Positions 9,153 to 17,247 are shown, counted from the first letter of the stretch. The stretch is 32,000 nt of DNA from Microcystis aeruginosa NIES-2549 (GCF_000981785.2 NZ_CP011304.1:3000001-3032000), one strand, 5' to 3'. The notes: generated by a model not told the origin, from the sequence alone. Made by a program: numbers and translations.

Positions 9153-9270
9153 TACCATGCCATTACTTTGGAAAAATGGTATTTAGATCAAGTTTTTTTC
9201 ATAAGTTATTAGTAAACAATAATCAGTGAACTGATAACTGATAACTGTTTACTGATAGCTAAAAAAATCT

Positions 9271-10431
9271 TTAAACTTCTAATAAATTTTCTAGGCGATC
9301 AAGAACGATATCGGTGATACACTTAATTCGGTATAAACAGGCTTTAGTATCTGTGGAGTTGAAAGTGCCATTTTCCCAATATTTGTTACTACCGGCACCA
9401 CCCCCACAAACCCCAAAATAATCACAGTTTTGCCGACATAAATCGACTCCACCGCGCATATCAGCGTAAATTTGTTTAAATTTCTCGGTTTCACAGATAG
9501 ATTCCAGAGAATCGGTCAAAACATTACCAAAGATAAAATCGCCGTAGGGTTGGGTTTTAATCGATAGTAATTCCGGATCAAAGGTGGAAAAATTACCTTG
9601 ATTATCAAAATTGACAATCATAAAAGGTCGATTCATATCGGTATTTTCTAAGCGTTCATCGGCATAAATCAAACTACAGATAGATTCAAATTCCCGCAGC
9701 TTAAATTCTCCTTGTTTGGCCGTGACTAACTCCCAAAATCTGGCAATAAACTGGCGATAACGTTGTTCAATACCTAATTTATCTAAGGAAGATTGTGAAT
9801 GAATACCCTCAGTTTCTTCCATATTAAAAGCCACATCGGTAAGACCATGATCCCAAAAAAAGTTAAAAATTTCGTCGGGATAGTCGAGGGAATCTTCTGT
9901 TAAAACAGCGATAACACTCACATCAATTTCATGTTTTTGCAAGAAAGAAATCCCCCGCATTGTAGCAGCATGACTGCCAGTTCCCTTGCGGTTTTGCCGG
10001 TGGATATCGTGAATAAAAGCCGGTCCATCAAGACTGACTCCCACATAAACATCATGCTTTTTAAATAATTGACACCAAGCATCGTTAATATAAGTGGCGT
10101 TAGTTTGTACTGAATGACGAAAACAGTAACCCTGCTGATTATATTTCTCGCTAACTTCCGCAATTTTAGCAAAGGCACTTTCATAAAAACTGATGGGAAC
10201 TGCTAAGGGTTCGCCGGCGTGCCAGCAAATGGTAAAATCATCTTGGAGAAAACGACTACTAAAAACCCTCTGAAAAATCGGCTCGATTAAATCTAAGGAT
10301 AGGGTATTTTTTAAATGGCGATCGGGTAAATAACAGTAATCACAATTGAGATTACAAAAAGAAGTCGGCTGCACGACTACTAAAGTAATTGGACCACAAT
10401 CCGACCAATCTATATTTATGGTTTTTTTCAT
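9271..10431 (-). CDS. Radical SAM/SPASM-domain maturase related to anaerobic sulfatase-maturating enzymes; target unknown
   Basis: CNLNCDYCY (CxxxCxxC) near the N-terminus. The C-terminal Cys-rich SPASM region reads CRQNCDYFGVCGGGAGSNKY...CLYRIKC. Confidence 0.88.
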   Translation of the reverse strand: MKKTINIDWSDCGPITLVVVQPTSFCNLNCDYCYLPDRHLKNTLSLDLIEPIFQRVFSSRFLQDDFTICWHAGEPLAVPISFYESAFAKIAEVSEKYNQQGYCFRHSVQTNATYINDAWCQLFKKHDVYVGVSLDGPAFIHDIHRQNRKGTGSHAATMRGISFLQKHEIDVSVIAVLTEDSLDYPDEIFNFFWDHGLTDVAFNMEETEGIHSQSSLDKLGIEQRYRQFIARFWELVTAKQGEFKLREFESICSLIYADERLENTDMNRPFMIVNFDNQGNFSTFDPELLSIKTQPYGDFIFGNVLTDSLESICETEKFKQIYADMRGGVDLCRQNCDYFGVCGGGAGSNKYWENGTFNSTDTKACLYRIKCITDIVLDRLENLLEV

Positions 10432-10509
10432 GATTCTATTGTTTAAATTCTCACTTAAGTATGATAACTGATTCTGGGGAGTCTATCTTAATTTTACCTA
10501 TACTATTTC

Positions 10510-11631
10510 CTATTCCCTCAATAATAAATAATATAATTGACCCGGAGTATTAATTAAACCGGCTCGCTCACCCGCATTTTTTCCTGTTCCCATAAAAATA
10601 TCTACCCTACCAGCACCTTTAATCGCGCTGCCAGTATCTTGATCGAGAACATAGCGACTAACTAATTTTTTATTAAGATTTCCCTGGGGAATTTCTGTCT
10701 CAATTACTGCTAAAGCACCGGGGGGAAAAATACTTTTATCTGTGGCGATCGATCTTTCGGGTAAAACTGGAACTCCAATACTACCAGTGGCGGGTGCGCC
10801 GTGGGTTTCTCGAAAGAAAATAAACCTATTATTGCGGGGAATATAATTCTTTAATTGCTCAGGATTACTTCTGAGAAAATCCAAAACCATTGGTAAGGTT
10901 AACCCCTCGGCGGGAAAAATACCATCGGCAATCATTTCTTTTCCCAGACTTGTGTAGGGATGCTCGGTATTGCCATCAAAACCAATGCTCATAATTTGAC
11001 CATCAGGTAAACGTAATTTCGCCGAACCTTGCACATGAACTAAATAAGCTTCTAAGCGATCTTTTAACCAGACTAATTCGTATCCCGCTAGACGGCTATT
11101 TTTCCCCAGTAAACCATCTTTTCCCTCTAATTCTACCCTAGCTGGATGGGGTTTTGACCAGCGAGAAAAGTTAGAAGGTCGGCGATAGAGAGGATATTTA
11201 TAATCGGCGTTTTTTTGCCGACTTGCTTGATAAATTGGCTCAAAATAACCAGTAAATTTAACATTTCCTTGGCTATCATTACCCAAAGAACGATACCAAA
11301 TAAATTCTTTTTTAACTGCCTTTTGTAGAGCTGCGGGAGTGGGAGAATTCTGCACTAATTGACGAAAACGTACTAAGGAACGCTGCACTCGCTGACGAGT
11401 TATTTCAGGAATAGGATAATTTTGATAGGCGCGGATTGCTGCCGAGCTATTCAGATAACGTAAACTATGATCGATCGCTTGTAGGAGGGTTTTTTTGTCG
11501 GTTAGCAGTCGTTCATCGTATCCCGTAGATGTTCCTAATTGTGAGATTTCAAAACGTTCTAGGGGCAAATTTGCGGGGGTGAGGGCAATTAATCCCAAGC
11601 TGAGGGGGAGGAGTGTCAAAAGGTGTTTCAT
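10510..11631 (-). CDS. mltA: Membrane-bound lytic murein transglycosylase A (MltA family, 3D domain)
   Basis: Signal peptide MKHLLTLLPLSLGLIAL, with the C-terminal 3D-domain motif DTGSAIKGAGRVDIFMGTG..AGERAG......LYYLL. Confidence 0.85.
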   Translation of the reverse strand: MKHLLTLLPLSLGLIALTPANLPLERFEISQLGTSTGYDERLLTDKKTLLQAIDHSLRYLNSSAAIRAYQNYPIPEITRQRVQRSLVRFRQLVQNSPTPAALQKAVKKEFIWYRSLGNDSQGNVKFTGYFEPIYQASRQKNADYKYPLYRRPSNFSRWSKPHPARVELEGKDGLLGKNSRLAGYELVWLKDRLEAYLVHVQGSAKLRLPDGQIMSIGFDGNTEHPYTSLGKEMIADGIFPAEGLTLPMVLDFLRSNPEQLKNYIPRNNRFIFFRETHGAPATGSIGVPVLPERSIATDKSIFPPGALAVIETEIPQGNLNKKLVSRYVLDQDTGSAIKGAGRVDIFMGTGKNAGERAGLINTPGQLYYLLLRE

Positions 11632-11660
11632 GGTGACAGGAGTGGGCAGCTATTGACGCG

Positions 11661-11760
11661 ATTAAGTAGGTAGGCGTTAAAAATTATCAGACACCCCCCT
11701 TATCAAGGGTAGGGTTGATTCATGAATCAACCCTACCTTATCAAGGGAGGCAGGGGGGAT
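11661..11760. repeat. Inverted copy of the 8273-8373 composite repeat; the palindrome (11708-11737) is nested with an 8-bp duplication
   Basis: Its reverse complement matches 8316-8373. The 30-bp palindrome is flanked by TTATCAAG at 11700-11707 and 11738-11745. Confidence 0.65.
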
Positions 11761-11854
11761 CGAACCTAAAATCCATTTTTAATTTAATTATAACCAACTA
11801 CTTAACAATCAAAAAGAATAAATAAATGAGAAAAGTTGTTTCTTGTTTATATCC

Positions 11855-13186
11855 TTAGGATAGTTGTTGCCGATAAATCTTAATTTGTTCCAAGCGAGGG
11901 CCGACCTTAGAAATGATGGTAAATTCTAAATTTTGGTAATATAATTGTTCTCCCACCTTCGGTATTTTTTGCCAATGATGGAGGACAAAACCAGCTAGGG
12001 TTTGGTATTCATCGGCCAAGGGTAAACTTAAATTTAATGCTTTGTTCACGTCCTCTAAATTCATTTGTGCTTGTACGAGAAAAGTCGATTCATCGAGGAG
12101 TTGATATTTTACTGTTCCTGATTCATCACTAGGGGAAAAAGTTCCCAGAATCTCGCCGATTAAATCTTTTAGGGTTAATAAACCGGCTGTTCTGCCAAAT
12201 TCATCCACAATGATAACCATCTTTAAGGATGATTCCCGCATCACTGTTAGTAATTCATTTAAAGCAGTGGTTTCGGGGAAAAAACGCGCAGGTTTTAACC
12301 AAGGTTTAATCGGGGTTGTTAAATTTAACTGACCTTCGGCAAGGGGTAAAGCTAAATCTTTAAAATCGATCAGACCACGGATATCATCACCGGAATCTCC
12401 TTCCACAGGATAACAAGAATAGCCGCTGTTAACTACTTGGAGCAGTAATTCCTCAAAAGTTGCGGTCGAGGGAATAGCTATTAAACGGTTATGGGGAACC
12501 ATGATTTCTGCGGCAGTGATTTCGCTAAACTGGAAAACATTATTTAAAATTTTCCTTTCCGCTGCTTCTAATCCCGTTAATTCCCCTTCCATGCTGATAA
12601 TTAATTGTAATTCCTCGGAAGTTACCCGACTAGAACGCTGTAGATCCACTTCGGGGATACGGGTTAAAACCAATAAAAAACGAGTTGATTGATTTAGAAT
12701 ACCGATAAAAGGCTTAAAAATCCTGGAAATAACCCCAATAGGTGCGGCTAATAATCGCGCCATCGGTTCGGCATAAATTAAAGCTAGGGATTTGGGATAA
12801 AGTTCCCCAAAAACTATCTGGAGATAGGCCACGATTAAAAAAGCTAGACAAAGAGAGAAGCCATGGGAGAGAAGATTTTGCCAGTTTAAAGAAAAGGGTA
12901 AAAAACTTAGTAATTTCCTCACAAAAACGGTCATGGTACTCTCCCCGATCCAACCTAAAGCTAAACTAGAAAGGGTGATACCTAATTGGGTAGTGGAAAG
13001 TAAGCGATCGAGACTTCTTTGTAGAGATTGGACCGTCTGCGCTGGCACATCTCCCGCAGCCACTAGCTGACTGATGCGGGTACGACGGACAGACACAAGC
13101 GAAAATTCGGCCGCTACGAAAAAAGCATTGAGGACGATTAGTAAAAAGACTAAAATTAAACGAGTCAATAAATCCTGATTATCCAT
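11855..13186 (-). CDS. CNNM/DUF21-CBS-CorC_HlyC family transporter (hemolysin-like, TlyC/CorC type)
   Basis: 443 aa. N-terminal DUF21 TM segments (LNAFFVAAEFSLVSVRRTRI), a central CBS pair and a C-terminal CorC/HlyC domain. Confidence 0.88.
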   Translation of the reverse strand: MDNQDLLTRLILVFLLIVLNAFFVAAEFSLVSVRRTRISQLVAAGDVPAQTVQSLQRSLDRLLSTTQLGITLSSLALGWIGESTMTVFVRKLLSFLPFSLNWQNLLSHGFSLCLAFLIVAYLQIVFGELYPKSLALIYAEPMARLLAAPIGVISRIFKPFIGILNQSTRFLLVLTRIPEVDLQRSSRVTSEELQLIISMEGELTGLEAAERKILNNVFQFSEITAAEIMVPHNRLIAIPSTATFEELLLQVVNSGYSCYPVEGDSGDDIRGLIDFKDLALPLAEGQLNLTTPIKPWLKPARFFPETTALNELLTVMRESSLKMVIIVDEFGRTAGLLTLKDLIGEILGTFSPSDESGTVKYQLLDESTFLVQAQMNLEDVNKALNLSLPLADEYQTLAGFVLHHWQKIPKVGEQLYYQNLEFTIISKVGPRLEQIKIYRQQLS

Positions 13187-13218
13187 AGCGAAAAGGCAAA
13201 ATTCGCCTTTTTTAAAGC

Positions 13219-13512
13219 CTATCCTTTGGTTTCGTCCTTTGATTGCGGTTGGTTTTTCTGTTGTTGCATATAAACTCTCACTCTTTTCAGCACCTCTTCT
13301 TCCTTCACGGGGATAAAAGTTTGATTGCGACCATAACTGGTGCGATCGTTGGTAAACTTTTTAGCGGGGTTGATATCCGGTTGACTGACCCCCTTGAGGG
13401 AGGCGATTCCTAATTGATAGGCTACCCAACCGCTACCGAAGCCGGCGGCTAACATGGCTACCATCAAAAGGAGTCCTAGCTGCAAGGAGGTGCTGATTGA
13501 AAATTTTTTCAT
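13219..13512 (-). CDS. Small hypothetical membrane protein
   Basis: 97-aa ORF with an ATG start and one N-terminal TM segment, 32 nt upstream of the transporter gene. No family recognised. Confidence 0.5.
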   Translation of the reverse strand: MKKFSISTSLQLGLLLMVAMLAAGFGSGWVAYQLGIASLKGVSQPDINPAKKFTNDRTSYGRNQTFIPVKEEEVLKRVRVYMQQQKNQPQSKDETKG

Positions 13513-13554
13513 CTTGGTAGGTCCGAATTTTCACGTTCAGAGTGATTACTGATC

Positions 13555-13560
13555 TATAAT
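13555..13560 (+). promoter_or_regulatory. Possible -10 box (TATAAT) for the split tRNA gene
   Basis: Perfect TATAAT 17 nt upstream of the tRNA 5' end; no convincing -35 element. Confidence 0.3.
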
Positions 13561-14122
13561 GAGTTAATAGTATAACCCAGGGTTGGCCGAGCGGTTGAGG
13601 CAACGAACTCAGTGCGACGTACACAACCCCAGTCATGAGGGTGTAAATCCCCCCACCTTATCGGAAGGTGACTCCACAGCCCACTTCCTATCTCTGACAA
13701 AGATAGGGGGGGAAGCAAGGGCAAAAAAAGCTAGGAAAGACAAGTCCAGTCGGAACTAGAAAGTGGGAGTCTATATGGTTAGCGAAAGCGAACTCACGCC
13801 CGAACTACGGAAAAGTGCAGCAGTGAAAAGGACTGATACACTGCGACCAAAAGGTCAATACGGCCAGTGGTATAACCTATGTTGAGTAATAGGAATCCGA
13901 TTACCCAGACCGTACCGTAGAAAGTGAGAACCTAAGTGGACAAACAATGACAGGGGAATAAGGTACGGGAACCTCCAGACTCTCAACCTACTACCGTAGG
14001 AGATTAAGTCAAAATCTGAGAATGGGGGGAAGGAACTTATCTCAAGCCAAAGCTCTACCGTAATAGTAGAGATATGCCGAAAGATAAGTGGCTACATCAG
14101 AGTAAATCAACAGGTTGAACTT

Positions 14123-15853
14123 ATGTCTAAGGCTCAAGAAGCAGAATGGATACAAGTGGATTGGACAAACATCCAATACACCGTATCAAAGTTACAATCC
14201 AAAATTTACGAAGCATCCCTAAAGGGTGACAAAAGTTCGGTTGTTAAATACCAGAAAATCCTAATTAACTCTTTCAAAGCTAAATTACTAGCCGTAAGAA
14301 GAGTGACACAGGATAACAAAGGTAAGAGAACGGCAGGAATAGACGGCAAGAAAATCCTCAATTACGAGGAAAGAATCAAACTAGCTGAAAACCTGAAACT
14401 AGATGGTAAGGCAACGCCACTGAGGAGAGTAGAAATACCCAAATCAAACGGAAAAACCAGAAATCTAGGAATCCCCACCATAGAGGATAGAGCCAAGCAA
14501 GCATTAGCGAAAATGGCACTAGAACCCGAATGGGAAGCTAAATTCGAGCCTAACAGCTACGGATTCAGACCAGGTAGAGGCTGTCATGATGCTATAGATG
14601 CCATCGAACTCCAAGTCCGTCGAAAAACCAAGTACGTCTTGGATGCGGATATCAGTGGCTGTTTTGATAACATCAAACACTCAGCGATAATCGAGAAATG
14701 CAATACTTTTCCAGTCATGGAAACCCAAATCAGAGCTTGGCTAAAAAGCGGAGTAATGGTGGGGGATGTATTTCATCAAACCGAAAAAGGCACACCACAG
14801 GGGGGAGTAATATCTCCGTTACTGGCAAACATAGCTTTACACGGTTTAGAAACTCACATTTCAACCAAATTCCCTTGTAGAAAGACCAGAATAGGTCAGA
14901 CTAACGGAAAAATGGAGGAAATAGGGGAAGCTAGATTAATCAGATACGCTGATGACTTTGTTGTACTTCATGCCAGAGAAGAAACAATCAAAGCAGTCAA
15001 GATTGAGGTAGAGAACTGGCTAAAGGATTTGGGATTAAGCCTAAATCCTGAAAAAACCAGAATAGGTCATACTAAAGAGGAATACAACGGTGAAAAACCT
15101 GGACTTGACTTTTTGGGATTTAATATCAGAACCCATGATATAGGGAAATATAAATCCAATAAGAAAGGAAATGGGGAACCACTAATGATGTTAACTAAAG
15201 TTAAACCATCGGAGAAATCGGTGGAACAATTTATCAACAACATCAAAGAAATCCTCAATAGTGGACACGATAAAGCCCCGATAATAATGATTAACCAATT
15301 AAGCTGGTTAATCAGAGGATGGGCAAACTACTTCAAAATAGGAAGCCATTCATGGGAAACCTTTGGGCGACTAGAATTTCACAGGCTAAACAAGCTATAC
15401 CTAAACTGGGGAAGGAAAAGATTCGCCAAAGAAGGAATAGGGTACATTAGTAAAAAAATATTCCACCAAACATCCAAATCCAAATACACTTTCGGATGGA
15501 AGATTGGAGACAAAAAATATACAGTACCTACCCTATACGATTTCCCATACACCCAACATATCAAGGTAAAAGGAAATAAAAGCCCTTACGACGGAGATTG
15601 GGTATATTGGACAAAAAGAATGGCAGACCATCCGCAAGCCCCAAAAGATATAACTTACGGGATAAAACAGCAGCAAGGTAAATGCTACATCTGTGGACAA
15701 AACCTAACTGTAGAAGATTCCCTAGAGATACATCATATAGACGGAAACAGGGAAAACAACAAAAAAACGAACAAGGCAATAGTGCATAACTACTGTCACA
15801 AGTCACACCATAGAATGGCGGTATCTCTCCAAGAGATATTGGATGTAGCTTGA
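14123..15853 (+). CDS. Group II intron-encoded protein: reverse transcriptase / maturase (X) / HNH endonuclease
   Basis: RT motifs IPKSNGKTRNLGIPTIEDR, YGFRPGRGCHDA, LDADISGCFDNI, GTPQGGVISPLLANI and YADDFVV. X domain RGWANYFK. C-terminal HNH region CYICG...HHIDGNRENN...HNYCHKSHH. Confidence 0.95.
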   Translation: MSKAQEAEWIQVDWTNIQYTVSKLQSKIYEASLKGDKSSVVKYQKILINSFKAKLLAVRRVTQDNKGKRTAGIDGKKILNYEERIKLAENLKLDGKATPLRRVEIPKSNGKTRNLGIPTIEDRAKQALAKMALEPEWEAKFEPNSYGFRPGRGCHDAIDAIELQVRRKTKYVLDADISGCFDNIKHSAIIEKCNTFPVMETQIRAWLKSGVMVGDVFHQTEKGTPQGGVISPLLANIALHGLETHISTKFPCRKTRIGQTNGKMEEIGEARLIRYADDFVVLHAREETIKAVKIEVENWLKDLGLSLNPEKTRIGHTKEEYNGEKPGLDFLGFNIRTHDIGKYKSNKKGNGEPLMMLTKVKPSEKSVEQFINNIKEILNSGHDKAPIIMINQLSWLIRGWANYFKIGSHSWETFGRLEFHRLNKLYLNWGRKRFAKEGIGYISKKIFHQTSKSKYTFGWKIGDKKYTVPTLYDFPYTQHIKVKGNKSPYDGDWVYWTKRMADHPQAPKDITYGIKQQQGKCYICGQNLTVEDSLEIHHIDGNRENNKKTNKAIVHNYCHKSHHRMAVSLQEILDVA

Positions 15854-15926
15854 AGCCGTGTGCGGTGAAAGTCGCACGCACGGTTTTGCAGCCGAGCTAA
15901 TCAAGTAATTGGTTAGTTTAGGTAAC
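15853..15926 (+). other. Group II intron domains V and VI (catalytic hairpin and branch-point helix)
   Basis: AAGCCGTGTGCGGT-GAAA-GTCGCACGCACGGTTT, followed by CCGAGCTAATCAA-GTAA-TTGGTTAGTTT-A-GG and TAAC. Confidence 0.8.
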
Positions 15927-16001
15927 TAATTCGTGCTAGGCAGGTTCAACTCCTGCACCCTGGATAGTTTTGATGGCTTCAGGCGATCAGCTTTGACTGC
16001 A

Positions 16002-16151
16002 CTAGAGTAGTCGGCGGTGACAGATTACCTGACCATTTTCGGCTGCTTTGAGAACAGAAATACAATCATTAATTTTATCCTTTTCATTTTTCAGGAAAGC
16101 TAAAAAAACACAAGAATCCCAGTAGTGTAGCTTTTTTGTTGGACGAATCAC
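16002..16151 (-). pseudogene. Truncated/frameshifted PIN-domain (VapC-like) toxin gene fragment
   Basis: A GTG start overlaps the upstream stop (GTGA). Translation MIRPTKKLHYWDSCVFLAFLKNEKDKINDCISVLKAAENGQVI.. matches PIN N-termini (first acidic residue, xxDSxVFxAxL). The frame breaks after about 44 aa and the remainder is missing before the tRNA. Confidence 0.45.
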
Positions 16152-17018
16152 TTACTTTCTCCCAAAATTCCGATCATTTCCTCAATGGTAGGTAAATCTT
16201 TTTCCTGAGGAAAAAGATCAATTGACTCAACTTTAATCCCGATTTTTTCCCCATCTTCTCTAGAGGTAACTATCCCCGATACAGAGACTCTTTTTTCTAG
16301 ATATTCTTTGATATTATCAAGTAAATTTGGTTCAAAGTAACATTTAACACTTTTATTAGTCAATAAATTGTAAACTCTAAAAATAGGTTGACGACTTACA
16401 TCAATAGCTTTAAGTAGTCGTGCAAAATTAATTTCCTAGTGAAGATAGGCAAGAGGCAAGGGGCAAGAGGCAAGAGGTGGTTAGATATGTGTAATTAATT
16501 TTGCTTAGGTACTTAAGCACACCTTCTACAGTACCAAAACTTTGATATTTTCCCCCGATAATTTCATCAACATTAGCAATCAAAGCTTGATTCAAGTCGA
16601 TACACCTCGAATCAAAGCCCAATTGCACCATAAACTCATCTCTTTTTTTCAATATTGCTAATGATCGCGCACTTTCTAAAGCTCGATCAGAAAAATACTT
16701 AGGGCGAATCGGATGTTCTAAAATTGTTACTATTCCCCTTTCTACAGTCTTAATAACTTCAGAAATTTGACTAGGTGTGATCTGATCTTGAGGCATTCCT
16801 TCTAAAGTAAGATGAATGCTGCCACTATGAATTTGAGAGATTCTCCAATTTATCAGGAGGCGATTTTTGTTAGCAAGGGTTTTATCTACTTCATGGAGTA
16901 GTATTGCTAATTGTTCTTGAGCCTTGATAAATTTATCAAAAGACAACAGTGAGCCTTCTATATCTAGTGTTAGGCTCTTGATTGTTTCCTTCGATATAGG
17001 GCTTTCCCCTTTAGTCAT
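16148..17018 (-). pseudogene. Unknown-function gene (255 aa when repaired) disrupted by a MITE insertion
   Basis: Track ORFs 16428-17018 and 16148-16363 are its two halves. The tail of the first ORF (..YLSKINYTYLTTSCLLPLASCLSSLGN*) is encoded by the MITE. Removing 103 bp restores the frame ..FGTVEGVLKAIDVSRQPIFRVYNLLTNKSVKCYF... Confidence 0.7.
16410..16516. mobile_element. 107-bp MITE with imperfect 24-bp terminal inverted repeats and a TTAA at both ends
   Basis: The left end is TTAAGTAGTCGTGCAAAATTAATT. The reverse complement of the right end is TTAAGTACCTAAGCAAAATTAATT. TTAA lies at 16410-16413 and 16513-16516. A second family member sits at 1180-1256. Confidence 0.75.
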
Positions 17019-17140
17019 GGCTCTAGGAATCGTGATAATTATCTCAAGTGTAAAGGTTTTGGCTAACTACTAAAGCTTCCTACTTTACATTTTTACATGA
17101 ACTAACCCTAAAGCCTAAACTAGGTTGACCTATAACCACA

Positions 17141-17162
17141 AAAAAACCCGCTGGCGCGGGCT
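17141..17162 (-). terminator. Probable original tkt terminator, now separated from tkt by the R-M insertion
   Basis: On the minus strand, G-CCCGC-gcca-GCGGG is followed by TTTTTT. It lies about 20 nt downstream of the duplicated tkt 3' fragment. Confidence 0.55.
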
Positions 17163-17183
17163 TTTTTCACAAAAGCAAAGTTT

Positions 17184-17247
17184 TAATTAACCTAACAACG
17201 CTTTTGCCTTCGCTACCACGTTATCCACGGTAAAACCGAACTTCTCT
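17184..17247. repeat. 64-bp direct repeat, copy 1: orphan duplicate of the tkt 3' end (last 20 codons, stop, and 3 nt)
   Basis: Base-for-base identical to 19400-19463; both copies were compared by hand. Confidence 0.95.

Larger units (their letters stand above)
13612..15926 (+). mobile_element. Complete group II intron carrying an RT-maturase-HNH ORF in domain IV
   Basis: The 5' end is GTGCGAC. Domain V lies at 15853-15886 (AGC triad, GAAA loop). Domain VI lies at 15892-15922 with a bulged A at 15920, 7 nt from the 3' end, which reads ..GGTAAC. The IEP ORF lies inside. Confidence 0.9.
13577..15964 (+). tRNA. tRNA(CAU) (Met/Ile2-type anticodon) split by a group II intron; exons 13577-13611 and 15927-15964
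   Basis: The joined exons give a 73-nt cloverleaf. Acceptor CCAGGGT/ACCCTGG (7 bp); D arm GCC-GAGCGGTTGA-GGC; anticodon stem ACGAA/TTCGT; loop CTCA|TAA; variable loop GCTAG; T arm GCAGG-TTCAACT-CCTGC; discriminator A. No CCA is encoded. Confidence 0.8.

Noticed and set aside
8273-11760. Composite transposon formed by the two inverted MITE-like copies
   Set aside because: No transposase lies between them, the cargo includes housekeeping mltA, and the same repeats are scattered in other intergenic gaps. The inverted arrangement is probably incidental.
15561-15881. 106-aa minus-strand ORF
   Set aside because: It is antisense to the intron-encoded RT and overlaps intron domain V, so it is an artefact of the coding-strand bias.
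13577-15964. Interpretation as the known cyanobacterial tRNA-fMet group I intron locus
   Set aside because: The intron has a GTGCG 5' end, a domain V, a branch-A domain VI and an RT ORF, so it is group II. The tRNA has a paired 1:72 position and lacks the three consecutive G-C pairs of initiator anticodon stems.
17019-17140. TTTACATT-TTTACATG direct repeat (around 17085-17100) as an HLR1 site
   Set aside because: The repeats abut with an 8-bp period and lack the 2-nt spacer of HLR1. The site is also on the wrong strand and position relative to the pseudogene start.
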